Positions 1 through 14,974 are shown, numbered from the whole stretch's first letter. The stretch is DNA of 63,695 nucleotides, filler included, from Squatina squatina (GCA_031763465.1; 4 parts of 4 records of this genome joined end to end with filler, not necessarily neighbours in it); one strand, 5' to 3'. Notes: generated by a model not told the origin, from the sequence alone. Numbers and translations: made by a program.

Positions 1-3000
1 GGAGTATTTTACAATTCTGTGAATACAAGCTAGGTATGTATGATAATTCCAGATCTAGAACTTCAATAAAAGTTCTTCATGGATGCCATAATTATAATGC
101 TAATTCAACAACAATCAAAAAAGCACACCATCTTTACCAGTATTGTTAGCTTAGGAGGAAAAGAGTATTTTGAATCTGTCTGTTAGTGTTTGATCTATTA
201 CTGGCTGGAATGTGACGATGGGGGGGAGGAGCTTCCAATAAATAGAGAATGCAACCGCAGAATGACCCAATACTCTTTTTTTTCTCTCTTCCGAGTGGTA
301 TACAGTCTTTTAAACTGGTTATCCTTAATCCCAAAATGATATCTTCAGAGCTATTTTTGTTTCTAGTTTTGATTGCATTAATAAGGTACAGTTCTTCTAA
401 TTGCATATGATTTTCCTAACCATGAGTAGCCCAGACTTGTAATCTGAGAATTAATAATTTACTGCAGTTCTCTGCTTTATCAGCGATTGTAGGTACAATT
501 CCAAACTTAGTCCTTTTTTTTTATTTTTCCCTTCTCTGATTTCTGGAGGGCTTCTGATGCATGTAAACAATCTCAAAAATGAAGTGTGAAAAATTAAATT
601 CGTTTTTCACAGTCTCAACTGGGAGGAAACGTGAATTGTATGTAAAAATGTCTTCTATCATGCATTACATTTAAGAAACTGATTTAGTAGACTCCATTAG
701 GATTTAATTATAGTTGCTATGCAATTTGTTTTTGTCTTGCCAGAAGAACAATTTTTCTTCATTCAGCATTTCCACACACTATTGAAGTTGAACAGGCTGA
801 TTGACTGACTGTTTTGGAGAAAGTGTATGGTTGTCAAAATCTTCTAATAGCCCAGGTGTACCTCCAAATTGAATATTTTCCAAAGAGAAAAATACAAAAT
901 ATATTTGGTAACTGCTAACTAAAAATAATTGGAGTGATTTAAAAGAAACTCAGGACTTGAGATATGTAGTAGAGAATAGAGAGCATAGTTCCAGCCTCGA
1001 ACAAATGTTCTGTAACAAAATGGGGACTTTTATAAGGTGGGGATACCATGTGGGTCAGCACTGCTCAATATTGAAGTCACATCAAAATGTCACTGGGCTA
1101 TAAACCGTCATCTGGTTTCCCAGAACAGTGAACTCCTTGATTTCAGCAGTGTGAGGATAATTCATTTCATTTGAACAATGAAAACCCTACAAAATATGGG
1201 GTCTTACTTTCCAGGTGATGATGAATATTGTGCAAGTGTTTTAAACATAGAAGAGTACATTCTTATGAGTGAATAAAGGTAATGTGCCAACTAACAAGAG
1301 TTTCCTTAACAGCTGGAACAGGGGAATTTCTTGTTTAATTCTAGGAAAATTTGCTTTTTTGGTGGGTGTGGGTGTGGGTGGGGGTGGAAATTCTACTCGA
1401 ACAGATTTCTATAGTCTCTAGTTATATGCAATTCTGGTCCTAGTTCCACAATTGTACCACCTTCTCTTGTGGATTATTTGCTGCATTTTTACCTTCTATC
1501 TGCACTATAGCTTCCTTGAATCTTTTATCCTTTTGCTAGGATGCCAGGACAGTTGAAATAATGATTTTCTCCATGACTGCTTTCAGTGCTGCTACATAAA
1601 CAGTCTTCAAGTGTGCTTTTGTGCCATCTGATTAGACCCTTGCTACTGCAGGGGAGGAGCATTATGTTGAGTGTATTGGCCCATGATCTGACAGTATAAA
1701 AAATATTGAACTCTTGACATTTTTCAAATTCACTATTGTTTTAATGATTTTAGTACCAAGTTTTACCACTGGAGGCCCTCGGTCTCCTGTGTAAAAGTTG
1801 GCACTTCCTATAGTTTACCATTTAAGTTTACTTTACAGGTCCCATGAAATACAATAATATTAATTTGTGCAACTCTGAGCCAAAAAATTGGATCTCCTAC
1901 CTGTGGAATTTTAAATCCCTTTTTGTCTTCTTTCCTGTCTGAGAGAGTGCACTCTGCTACCAGTAACACAGTAGATTACAGGCTATACTTTACCACAGAA
2001 AATATCTTGGCTAAGATGTTGATTTAAACAGAATGGAGTGTGAAATCCAATATTGTATTACAAGGCTCACTGGACCATCATGTACTGTATCAGAATTGTA
2101 TTTAATGTAAGGTTGTATTTTTTAGAACAAAGTTTGTAGAGTTTCAATAGTGAAGCATCTTATACTGCATTTTAATTTTGTATGTTTGTTGTGCAATAGA
2201 TAATATGCAATATAATTCTCCCCAAAAAGCTGCTGAAAACAGTCAACAACATCCTGACCGTTCTCATGGCATCTGAAGATTTAGAATTTTGGTTTATAAA
2301 TATTAATTTTCAGTATTGAACACGAAGAATTNNNNNNNNNNNNNNNNNNNNNNNNNNNNNNNNNNNNNNNNNNNNNNNNNNNNNNNNNNNNNNNNNNNNN
2401 NNNNNNNNNNNNNNNNNNNNNNNNNNNNNNNTGGGCCATCTCGTAGTCGTGGGATGGTTTCACATCTAAAATTTGAAAGGTTTTTGTCAGGGCTTGCTTA
2501 AAAATATTAAATTATTTACATGGAAAATTCATATTGCAGGCATAGAGGCTTTATAATGTAAATATACAAAATTGTCAGCTGGGTACAAAATATCATAGTT
2601 AGAATTCCTGCACAGATTTTGTCAAAGGTTTCTTGGCTTACTTCGACCTGAGCCAATAGTAAGCAGATAATAGCTTGAATGATCATTACAAGTACCAAGG
2701 AAGCAGTCATATTCCTATTGGGCATTAGTAATTTTTTGTTGATAAATTTAAAGCAATTACTGGCTGCCATGGTTACATTTTGCTGTTTATGCAGCAGTTA
2801 TATAAAACCTGTATCTGGTCACGTTTCAGCTCTTATCACCATACAAATTTTAAATATTACAAGGATCATAGTTTAACTATTAAACAATAGTCTTGCAAAT
2901 ATGTGGCATTCTGCTGTCTAAAATATTGGCATGGGGAGTAAGCTAATGAATGAGCTGTTTTACTAATTAATTTAGTAGAATCAATGAAGGAATTACTTGT

Positions 3001-3946
3001 TAGAATACTGATTTTTAAAAAAGAAGCTCTAAATGTTTGCATACATTGAATTTTAAGTAATGAGCTGTTCTTGAATGAAAAAATTACATTTAATGGACAA
3101 CATCTTTTATTTTCCTTTACCCACCCTTCAAAAGTGTGGNNNNNNNNNNNNNNNNNNNNNNNNNNNNNNNNNNNNNNNNNNNNNNNNNNNNNNNNNNNNN
3201 NNNNNNNNNNNNNNNNNNNNNNNNNNNNNNNNNNNNNNNGTTGCATATTAACCAATCTGTTAAAGCTATAGCTCTTGCAAGGGTACACATTTTTGTATTA
3301 GAATAACTTGCTGCTGTTCTGTTGGCTTTTTGCTGATGGAGCAGCATAAAAATGCAGTATTAAATAGGTGAAGAATTAGAAGGGCCACAAGATAGGCGAT
3401 CAAACATTCCGGGTCATTCATTAAGTCTGCAATCATATTTAGGCCAGATTTTAATGGTCTGGTAAGAAATTTCAAAACACAAAATATATAATATCCAACA
3501 TCATTTCAATCAGTGCTGACATTTACCTTTTAATACTTAGCAGAAACTGAGCAGTTTAAAAGTTATGTCAATTGGGAAGTTTGTAAAAATCTGTATGTCC
3601 TGGCTATTAGTCTAAAAATAGTTACTAATAACAAACTAATTTTTACACACTTTTTTGGCATGTAACGGGAGCATAGTGTTCTCACTTAATTTTTATCTAC
3701 AGTACATGAAGTACTTAAAAATAAGCTACAGTGACTCTACTGAATGTTAGGGTCAATATACCCTATAACAATTTAACCTGCCAATAGATTTTGGAAATGC
3801 AAAGTTGTTTGAATAAAGGTGAGCTCAATGCATGACACTGAAATCGACAGCATGTTATAAGTAAGTGTTCCTCGGGAAGATTATTAACTAACTGATATAT
3901 AAATTTCCTGGTTTGGATGCTATGCTCTGTTTAGTGCTAATTGTAG

Positions 3947-4132
<186 letters not shown>

Positions 4133-4284
4133 TAAGAAAAAAAGGAATTGCAACAACTGGAGGATCTGCAGATCCATAAACCATGCCTCAATAGAACAGC
4201 TAATGGAATTAATAATAAACAAAATGGAATGGTAACAGAGTGGACTTTTGTGGTAATCTGGTCAGTTGATAGTGTATTTGAACA

Positions 4285-4353
4285 GTTTTTTTAGAACAAT
4301 ATGTTGTGGAACCAACCAGAAAACAGGCTATTTTAGATCTGGTAATGTGTAAT
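4285..4353 (+). mobile_element. CR1 LINE ORF2 endonuclease fragment
   Basis: Translates FLEQYVVEPTRKQAILDLVMCN, the typical CR1 APE-domain motif; truncated by a gap. Confidence 0.7.
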
Positions 4354-6225
4354 NNNNNNNNNNNNNNNNNNNNNNNNNNNNNNNNNNNNNNNNNNNNNNN
4401 NNNNNNNNNNNNNNNNNNNNNNNNNNNNNNNNNNNNNNNNNNNNNNNNNNNNNGTGTTCCACAATCATCCGGGTTTCATGCCCGCTACCACTTGCCCTCT
4501 GCGTTATGATGATTCTATAAATTCAGATTGTGACTATTATGATTTCTGAAAAGAAATTTAAAGTTATTGGCACAATATTACATTGGGTACATCAGCAGTA
4601 CATATTTATTTTTAATTTGGATAGGTAGGCCGCAGAAAAAGCAGGTGACATTGTTATGATTTTAAAAAAATTCTATACATTATCTCATTTTAATCTCTGT
4701 TCAGTATATAATTCTACACTTTCCGTCAACAAGAAATACTGCGGTGTCTTGAAAGATTAATAATGCCATAGACCCTCTGGAGGCCTTTCTTAATATGTGA
4801 GCATATTTGAGGTTATGTACTGTAATTTATCTAGTCTGCATTGAATTGCAAATGGCTGTAGCTGTCATCAATGACTTAGGAATCATTTTATTGATAAAGC
4901 CTCAAGCCTGCATATAGTTATGTATATATTTACTGGGGTGGGGTGGGGAGGTGGGCTGCATGGAGAAATCTACAAAGTTAAGATATAAGTTGAGTAGAGA
5001 ACAAAATAAATGATTTTTCACAAGTTAATTGTACATTTAAAAGCTAAGTTGATGCTTCAATATTGTACACTTTTAGTTTGGGGTCTCTTGTGCCTAATTT
5101 ATACTCTTATCTGGAAAATGGAGATCTTCCTGTTTCCAAAGAAGTGGTATTTGCAAATGACGACAGTATTCATTTCCTCAGCCTCTTTAGTGATACTAAT
5201 TTGAGCAGATATGAAAGTTAGTCTGCTGAGTCTACTTCAGGTGGAATCAGGATAAAAGAATAGTCTCAGATCAACCCCAACAGGAAGGCAATATAAACAG
5301 GACATTAATGTAATATCTTATGTCAGCTAAGCCAAAAGTATTAGAAAAATATCACCTTGTGAACAGAGTAAGGTTTTTGATTGAATAGTAAATGGTTAAA
5401 CAAACAAAACTTCTTCTAGAAATATGCCTACAATAACTGCAATAGATAATTTACTTATTTTTACAGGCCCAGGTTGATATTTTACACTTATGATAAAAAA
5501 TATCAACGAACCATTGCTCATCTATTGATGCTCCAGTATCTTTATTGGTGATCGACTAGAAAGCAGATCATCATACTCCAACATCAATGGGAACCACCAA
5601 TGTTAAATCCTGTAATTAATATTCAACCAACTTTTAACACTTTTCAAAAAAAATTGCCAACTAGTCTCTCTCTGGCAGTTATTTTTTATGCCAATTGTTG
5701 ACATCTGCAATAGCAAGAGTTCCACTCCCCAATAGTCTGTGAACATCAAGTGCTCCCAAATCAGGTATAGTAGCACAGCCAGCTTATCCTGTTACTCTAT
5801 CACAACAATATATCCGGTCTCAAAGGAACACTGACCTACTGCACCAGCATAACATGACCATTTTTCATAATAGCTATATTTGTGAGCTCTCCAAGTGAGG
5901 TTGTCAAATTAGAGGCAGTTTTGTGCTGTAGTTCCATGGTCAACTAGAAACTGGACTGAGGTGGGCTGAACAGTTTCCATTTTGAATGGTTGCAGCAGGA
6001 GCTGGGGAGAGAAGGCCTTCATCCTATCACTGTGGATGGATCTGAAACCAGATTCCACAAAGTAAAGGGCAGTGTTATAACCCTCTGACCCACTCCATCC
6101 TCCTGCCATCGAGAGGAATGAAACTTTCTGAAAGTCATAAACAAGACAGTGTCATCCATTTCAAAGCATGCTGTTAAGCAAACTCAGCAGCTTCTTAGAC
6201 CGAGAAGCTATCCTTTACACTTCTT

Positions 6226-6880
6226 AGAATTGTAGAATGGTTACAGCACAGAAGGAGGCCATTCGCCCCGTCGAGCCTGTGCTGGCTCTCTGCAAGAGCA
6301 CCTCAGCTAGTCCCACTGCCCCGCCCTTTCTCTGCAGCCCTGCAAATTTTTTTTCCTTCAGGTACTTATCCAATTCCCTTTTGAAAGCAGTGATTGATTC
6401 TGCCTCCACCACCCTTTCAGGCAGTGCATTCCAGTCCCTAATCACTCGCTGTGTAAAAAAGTTTTTCCTCGTGTCGCCTTTGGTTCTTTTGCCAATCACC
6501 TTAAATCTGTGTCCTCTGGTTCTCGACCCTTCCGCCAGTGGGAACAGTTTCTCTCGATCCACTCTGTCCAGACCCCTCATGATTTGGAACACTTCCATCA
6601 AATCTCCTCTGCTCTAAGGAGAACAACCCCAGCTTCTCCAGTCTATCCACATAACTGTAATCCCTCATCCCTGGAATCATCCTTGTAAACCTTTCCTGCA
6701 CCCTCTCCAAGGGCTTCACATCCTTCCTAAAGTGCGGTGCCCAGAATTGGACACAATACTCCAGTTGTGACCAAACCAGTGTTTTATAAAGGTTCATCAT
6801 AATTTCCACACTTTTGTACACTATTCATGTAGCCCAGGATCCCGTCAGCTTTTTTAACCTGGTTCTCAACCTGCCCTGCG
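6226..6880 (-). mobile_element. CR1 LINE, 5'-truncated (end of ORF2 plus 3' tail)
   Basis: LYKTLVWSQLEYCVQFWAPHFRKDV...LEKLGLFSLEQRR and FFTQRVIRDWNALPERVVEA motifs, frameshifted; CR1-type 3' tail. Confidence 0.92.
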
Positions 6881-9800
6881 ATTAACTAAAGGTGGAGATG
6901 AGAACAGGCAAAAAACTCCCCACAAATTCAAATAAGCTAACATCCCTTTGCGATCTGCATTTGCACTGGGGAACATACCTGACTGGACAAGCGGTCTCCA
7001 TTGGTCTAAAAGGAAACAGAAATGGAAATCTATGAATAAACCCCTTCAGTACACCTGACTTTAACAACAGAAAATCCCCTTCTTGGCAGAGGTTTTCTTC
7101 ATGAACAAGGATTTTTTTTTAAAATTATTAATGGCAGCAATAATCAACATATTATAAAATAAATCTGGTCAGGTTTGACTTCCTGAACTCTTACTTTCTC
7201 TGGTCACCAATTTTGATCACCATTGTAAATTGCTGTGTCATTATCTCCCATTCAGTTTTGCTATGTCAACTGTCACGGTGTCGTTTCAGGCTCTGCCCAC
7301 CAGGTGGCTCCATGGAGTGAGTTTGTGAAGTTCCTCGCTCAACTCCATTGACATCTTGACACAACGAAGAACTTATGGGGCTAAATCGTCGCTATAGAAA
7401 CCATCCATCCAAGTTTCCATCTCCACTGAGATTGATGGGAATGAAGATCGGGTGAATTCTCCAGCGGGCATCCAATCCACAANNNNNNNNNNNNNNNNNN
7501 NNNNNNNNNNNNNNNNNNNNNNNNNNNNNNNNNNNNNNNNNNNNNNNNNNNNNNNNNNNNNNNNNNNNNNNNNNNNNNNNNNAATATATATTTTTTCTCA
7601 TTATTAGTTCGATCTTGTTGCCACAGTTTTCCTCAATAGCTCAGCCTGCGCAGAGTTTAATTTTTTACTTGGAGGGTCACTGAAAAATCCTTCAGATTTG
7701 ATTGTTTCTCTGCTACACAGCTAATTAAACTGGGGATGATTAACCTGACTTGCGGGGTCGCTCTTGATTCAGTATTACGTGGACTGTGTGTAGATTACAG
7801 CATGGTACACTGATGTGCATTGTGTCTGGTTTTGAAACTGCAGACTGACCCAATACCTCTTGGGAGTATTGAGAGAGTAGAGCAGCACNNNNNNNNNNCC
7901 CAAGGAGCACTGAAGCCATTTTTCAGGAATACTGTGTCAGAAGAAAGGGGGAAAAAATTCAACAAAAGATCTACAGCTGGATGTGATGAATTTGAGGGAA
8001 ATGGTCCTTGTCTCGGAAACCAACACTTGGCTTATTAATATGCACAGCAGGTAGACGCCAGCTAAACATGTGGTATGTCGCAACTAAAATTGAAATGGCT
8101 GTGGGGGTGGTGTGTAATGTCTTTGTGATCAGACTTAGAGTTCACCTGAGTGTGTCTAGCAGGTGGCTATGTTGAGAATAAAAGTACCTGCTTTAGTAGA
8201 AATGTAATAATTATGTACTGTATATAAGCAGATGTTTAGTTTTTGTCGCCTCGTACTGGGTAATGTGTGGATTGTTGCCAAGCTAGAAATACAGAAGTAT
8301 TTAACATTTGTTCCAGTGATCAGTGCAAAGCAGTGTATGGATCTGCTGCACAGCCATGATGTAAGCTGATAGCTGGCTGTATTGNNNNNNNNNNNNNNNN
8401 NNNNNNNNNNNNNNNNNNNNNNNNNNNNNNNNNNNNNNNNNNNNNNNNNNNNNNNNNNNNNNNNNNNNNNNNNNNNNNNNNNNNNNNNNNNNNNNNNNNN
8501 NNNNNNNNNNNNNNNNNNNNNNNNNNNNNNNNNNNNNNNNNNNNNNNNNNNNNNNNNNNNNNNNNNNNNNNNNNNNNNNNNNNNNNNNNNNNNNNNNNNN
8601 NNNNNNNNNNNNNNNNNNNNNNNNNNNNNNNNNNNNNNNNNNNNNNNNNNNNNNNNNNNNNNNNNNNNNNNNNNNNNNNNNNNNNNNNCTGAGGGCTGTA
8701 AGGGTTTAACACAAAACTATCACTCCCCTGGTATCTGTGTGTATATCGTAAGTGTGTCTGATTGCCACTGATAGTTTTTAATATCTCACTTACTGAGTAA
8801 GCATTAAAAGTGTTAGATAAATTCAGCTTCAGTTAGTTTCAGATTTTAGAGAAATGTGGCTATGGGTGCTTCTGAAGTAAAATTATTGATTACCAGTTTC
8901 CTATTTGATTATTAAATCACAGGCAAAATATATATCTACCAAATTCATAGTTTTATGATGCATTTAGCTTAGGGAATTGCTTATTATGACACGATTAGTT
9001 GTAAATGTCATCCTGAGTTTAACAAGAAGGTTTGGCTCATTGTGACATGATTAATTTAGTAACCTTTCTGGAATTGTATAGACTGGTGCGAAACCAATTT
9101 TTCAATACTTGCTTTCTCAAAAAAAATTTCAAAGTATTTATTACAGTATATATTTTAGCAATTGTCCAAAACACAAAAAAGCTTCAATTAATTAACCCTG
9201 TGAATGCTGAAGTGACTTTTTTGTACAAAAAAAGCTGTTTTAATTTTTTTAGTGAGGGTGTGCAGTTAACTTGTAAATAAATGTATTAATGTTTATAGAA
9301 AATTCCTTCAAATGATGAATTCCTGCAAATGTCACATTACTATGTGCCTAAAAAATGATTGCTATATAGCTGGTTCAGAGGCAAAGATACACTGTCCCAT
9401 GTAATGATAGCACAAGGTTCCTATGATTTCTCCACTTTCTTGCTTTNNNNNNNNNNNNNNNNNNNNNNNNNNNNNNNNNNNNNNNNNNNNNNNNNNNNNN
9501 NNNNNNNNNNNNNNNNNNNNNNNNNNNNNNNNNNNNNNNNNNNNNNNNNNNNNNNNNNNNNNNNNNNNNNNNNNNNNNNNNNNNNNNNNNNNNNNNNNNN
9601 NNNNNNNNNNNNNNNNNNNNNNNNNNNNNNNNNNNNNNNNNNNNNNNNNNNNNNNNNNNNNNNNNNNNNNNNNNNNNNNNNNNNNNNNNNNNNNNNNNNN
9701 NNNNNNNNNNNNNNNNNNNNNNNNNNNNNNNNNNNNNNNNNNNNNNNNNNNNNNNNNNNNNNNNNNNNNNNNNNNNNNNNNNNNNNNNNNNNNNNNNNNN

Positions 9801-10887
9801 NNNNNNNNNNNNNNNNNNNNNNNNNNNNNNNNNNNNNNNNNNNNNNNNNNNNNNNNNNNNNNNNNNNNNNNNNNNNNNNNNNNNNNNNNNNNNNNNNNNN
9901 NNNNNNNNNNNNNNNNNNNNNNNNNNNNNNNNNNNNNNNNNNNNNNNNNNNNNNNNNNNNNNNNNNNNNTTTTGTGTAATCTAGAATATTGACAAAGGTT
10001 AGGTCAATTATTTGCAGGTTATTCTTCATAGGTGTTAGGAACATGAGGAAATGTGATACAAAATCATAAGAGCATTTGTCTTAAAGTCACACGTACCAAT
10101 AGCAGTGGAATGTATGTTTTGTAGCTACTATTGTAGCCTCCTGTGTTTGCCTCATTTCTGGAACCAATCGCCTAGTTAGTGATTAATCCTGTTCCGTGCT
10201 TGGTCCCAGATATAATGTAGAAAAATTGGACATTAAACTATTCACTTGGGGATTAAATGACGTGAAGGTCCTTTGTGAAAATAGGGCCAAAGCAGCCTTT
10301 TTAAACTTGTCAGCACTTGTAAAATAGAGAATATTTTAAAACCAGATAATGCTTATACTGCCACAGACTAGCTTACTTGTCCAGCCACTATTGAGCTCTG
10401 GGAGCTGTTGCCAAGTATACTCATATTTAGTAGAGCCCCTTTCTGGTTTGATGAATGTTTGTGCGTCAACAGTTTGAGCTGGTTGTATCTGACATGTCCA
10501 TGTTGATTTTAGTTTTGGCTTTACAGTTGGTTGAAAAAATGTGTTTTCAGCCAATAAAAGATCTATTTTTTGGAAGTTGCTCCCACCTTCAAATGGGAAA
10601 TGAGCACCGGGGAAAGTAGTATTTTTAGAAAAATGGCACAGAAAATTAGGGTGATTAGATTACGTTAAAAAGGAAAATTAAAGTTTAATAAAAGTGAACA
10701 TTTGAACTAGTGATAGAATAGAAATGATGAGAGAAATGGTCTTTATTGTATTTGAACATTTAGTTCAGTTGTTTAAGGTTAAAGCTATTCCCAGCATTTG
10801 GGCAGCTTTATTAATATGTTAGTGTTAGCTTCAGCTTCACGTTGTCTGATCTGTAAACTCACAAAAATGGCCAACCAATTCATTCTC

Positions 10888-11163
10888 ATAGAAACATAGA
10901 AACATAGAAAATAGGAGCAGGAGTAGGCCATTCGGCCCTTTGAGCCTGCTCCGCCATTCAATATGNNNNNNNNNNNNNNNNNNNNNNNNNNNNNNNNNNN
11001 NNNNNNNNNNNNNNNNNNNNNNNNNNNNNNNNNNNNNNNNNNNNNNNNNNNNNNNNNNNNNNNNNCAGGTACGGGGTACTGATCAGCCATGATCGTGTTG
11101 AATGGTGGTGCAGGCTCGAAGGGCCGAATGGCCTACTCCTGCTCCTATTTTTCTATGTTTCTA
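10888..11163. mobile_element. Two CR1 3' tails in opposite orientation either side of a gap
   Basis: (catagaaa)n...ggagtaggccattcggccc on the left; gggccgaatggcctactcctgctcct...ctatgtttcta on the right. Confidence 0.75.
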
Positions 11164-11829
11164 AGTTAGGTCGGGGATACTAATGATAAAATGATCTGAA
11201 ATGGCATTAAATAAGAATCTGGTATCGATAAATATTAAATAAATAAATAATAAATAGGGGCTAAAGGGGCATGAAGACAAAATGTAGCTATGACATAAGA
11301 AGCACACGGAGCTGGGAATTAGTTGCTAAATGGAGTTGCAATGGGAATTTGGTGAGAGTGGGAATTCAGTGCAGAGGAGGAAGGAGGTGCTAAGTGCTTT
11401 AAACCAAGGGGCAACAGTAAGTATATAAAAAACCAGTGTAATTAGTTGGATCTAAAGGGATAAAGCTAAAATGAACTAAGTAGAGGATACCAATATTAAA
11501 GGGATCCAAATTGCATTAAATAAAAATTGGCTACTGCCACGCTTGAAACGCTGCAGCACTGATTAGCGCCCAAATTGCGCCGGGCGTCAATAGCGCCGTT
11601 GAGGTTCGAAATTCGCTTGCGTTTCTCTCCTGACCAGGTGTGGCGCTGTTGGAGGCGCTGACAGCTGCTTGGAGTCACTGTTTGGGGCGCTCTCTTGACT
11701 GTCCAGAACACTAAGAGGTGACCTTTATTGTTAAGCAATTTCATTCGCACTGACTTCATTCATGTAAACGCCCGGCTGCGAAAAAGTCTCTTTACGCCCC
11801 AGGAACGACTATGCCCAGCTAAATTGGGG

Positions 11830-13290
11830 AGCTAAAAGTCAGCCAATTTCAACCTCCTGGTAGACATAAACAATTAAATAATGAATAAGAGTAAGGGGAT
11901 AGTAAACCAAAAAATATATACATATATAACATGAGTAGATAGACTTTAAGTTGAAATGATGGGACAGCTGAGACCCATTGCCTGCAATTCCATTGCTATG
12001 TGGGAACTCCAGGATGCTTTGTGTGTCCTGGATAACCACAGGCGCCTCCAACTGCTTGAGTTTGAGCTCAGGGTTTCTGAGCTTGAGGAGCGGCTGGAGT
12101 TACTGCAGGGAGGCTGAGATTTTCCTGGATCGCACATTCCAGGAGGTGGTCACCCCGCAGCTACAGAGACTTCAGGAGAATAATAGGTGGGTGGCCAGCC
12201 AGCAGGGTAGGAAGAGGCAGGCAGTGCAGGAATCTTCTGGAAGTGCGGCAACTCCCAAACCAGTTTTCAGTGCTGACTACCAGTGATGGTGACGGCACCT
12301 TGGGAGACTCCAGTCCGGAGCACACCCATGGCACTGTGAGGCAAATGACTGCACGGCGGGGGGGAGCACAGCGAAGTGTAGAAATGCAGTTGTCGTAGGG
12401 GATTCAATAGTCAGGGGGATAGACAGGCATTTCTGCAACTGTCAATGTGAGTCCTGCATGGTGCGTTGCCTTCCTGGTACGAGGGTGAAGGGCATTGCTG
12501 AGAGGACGCCAAGCATTTTGAGGGGCGAAGGGAAACAGCCAAAAGTTGAGAGGAGAAACAAGGTGCACAGAGGACTGGGAGAAACAAATAGCACTTGAGT
12601 AAGAATAGATCATAACTAGGAGGAATCAGACAGGTGGAAATGCAAGGCTGCCGAAGATGGGTTTGCATTGCATGTGTGTGAATTCATGTAGCATGGTAAA
12701 TAAACTTGGTGAGCTGCAGGCACAAGTCACCACATGGGGTTAGTGGCAAAAACAGAGACCTGGCTCAAAGAAGGGGAGGATTGGGAACTTAATATTCCTG
12801 GCTCCAAGGTATTCCAGAAAGACAAGGTAGGAAAAAAAGGGGCGTGACAGTATGAATCAAAGAAACTGTTATAGCACTGGCTAGGGATGATATAGTTGAG
12901 GGCTAGACAGAATCTATTTGGTTAGAATTAAGGAAAAATAGAGGAGTTACTATACTGCTGGATCTATACTATAGACCACCAAATATTGGGAAGGAGATGG
13001 AGGACCACATTTTCAGGCAAATTATAGAAAGATGTAAGAACTAGAGAATAGAGATAATGGGAGAACTCAATTATCTTAATATAGACTGGAATAGTAACAA
13101 TGTAAAGAGGAAAGAGTGGGGGGNNNNNNNNNNNNNNNNNNNNNNNNNNNNNNNNNNNNNNNNNNNNNNNNNNNNNNNNNNNNNNNNNNNNNNNNNNNNN
13201 NNNNNNNNNNNNNNNNNNNNNNNCAACATCGTGGGCCGAAGGGCCTGTTATGTGCTGTATTTTCTATGTTCTATGTTCTATGTTCTATGT
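11830..13290 (+). mobile_element. Degenerate CR1 LINE with ORF1 (esterase), ORF2 endonuclease and, after a gap, a 3' tail
   Basis: ORF1 SGNH-esterase motif VVVGDSIVRGIDRHFC...CLPG (~12390-12490); endonuclease motifs ETWLKEGEDWELNIPG, YYRPP, IMGELNYLNIDW; (ttctatg)n tail at ~13260-13290; multiple stops and frameshifts. Confidence 0.88.
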
Positions 13291-14974
13291 GTTCAGTTAT
13301 CAAGCTAGGATGAGGCTTTAGCTCTGTGACTTTGTATAAGGCATTGTTTCAAAATATAAGATATTTGGTCAAATCAGTTTTGGCTGCTGTACAAAGTTAT
13401 ACTGTGTAAAGTAGATCTCTAGACTGTCTGAACTCCTTTTTTTGTCTTTATATACAGTCAAACAGCTTAGCTCCATGAATCATTCCAGTAATATGTTCAA
13501 TTGCATGAGACGAGATGGCCCATGAATTTCTTTCTTCACACAAGGAGATTTTCAAGATGGTGGCCACTTACATCTGCAGTGGTGAGATATGTTTGCCCTT
13601 GTAATATTTTTAATTATGGAAAGATTTTTTAAAATCTCATTAAATATGTACTGGAATGTTATTTTCCAGTAATCAGCTGTAGATTAAATTTCAGTAATCT
13701 TGCAATGATTGTATAATGTGTTAGTATAATGGAGCACCATGGCTATTGTCATCTGCCTTGATGTTTGTCCCCCAGGAGAGAGGGAAGGGAATGGAAGAAA
13801 GATTGATAAACGCTCTCCCAAAAATGTTACCATATATTTGTAATGGACAGGAGAGAATGATTACAAATGATAATTTAATCCCTAGATTTGGATGTCATAA
13901 ATCACTTAAGCTTTGCTCTCTCATTTTGTCTTCTGAATTATTTGATTAGTTTGTAATCATTCCCTCCTTTCCATCACGTTCATTTTCCTCTCCCCCTCTC
14001 ATATATATTGGTAGTTCTCCATTTAAGTTCAGCTTGATCACAATCATGAACATACATTTAATCTGCAACATCTTGCTATTTAGTAAAACTCTGGAAAATT
14101 ATCTGANNNNNNNNNNTAAATATACTGGAATAAAATCAAAATGTGAATTATTTCATGAATTATACATGTATAATTGTTCAGGAGATCAGGTAGAAAGAAT
14201 AATGCCAGTCCTTTGTTTAAAAAAAAAAATTGGACTATTAAATTGTTGAAATCAATGCCAATGATATTGTCTCATGAGGATTACATGAAATTAACGTTAT
14301 GATCTCTATAAACAGTATGTTTATAGATGTGGAATAGATGCTGAATACAGAATATCCTTGTAATCATCTGAAAATTTTGTAATAGTATCACAACTGATTA
14401 TCTTCTGCAATCATTACTGTGCAGCATGGTTCTAGAGCACATGGGAAGTCAGCATCAGTGCTGACACTTACTGCTGCCACATAAACTGACCACAACAGAC
14501 TAAAACTGAAAATGTATATATAATCATAAGATAATTCTATGCATCGTTAATCAATACTAGAAATATCATCTAATCTCTGCATTCAGATGACTAATAATCT
14601 GCTCGACCTTGCCTCCTGCAGTTTGATAGCTGACCCTCTCAATTTGTACTGATGTTTTTTATTCACTCCCAGGTACATAGTTTCCAAACAGTTTTAGTTT
14701 AAAATGTATCTTTTACATTTTTTTTACTGTCAAATAACATAGACCAACAATGTTCTACATTGATTTCAGAACTTGAATAACTTTAATGACAAGAAAATAC
14801 CATCAGTGTGTTTTAATATGTGTTTTGAATGCAGCAGTGTCATTTTCTTTTTCACTGTTTGCATTTGTGGTATTTGGATTTTAACTCAAAGTAGCATATT
14901 ATCACTCTGATTGCACAGTTCATTAGCTAATCTTTTTGAAATAGTAAAGCCAAGTATTTTCTTTTCAAAACCAG

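Noticed and set aside
8320-10044. Long ORFs made mostly of X (also 29086-29976 and 54451-55272)
   Set aside because: Artefacts of N runs lacking stop codons.
10888-11163. Inverted termini suggesting a DNA transposon
   Set aside because: Both ends are ordinary CR1 3' tails facing outward across a gap of unknown size.
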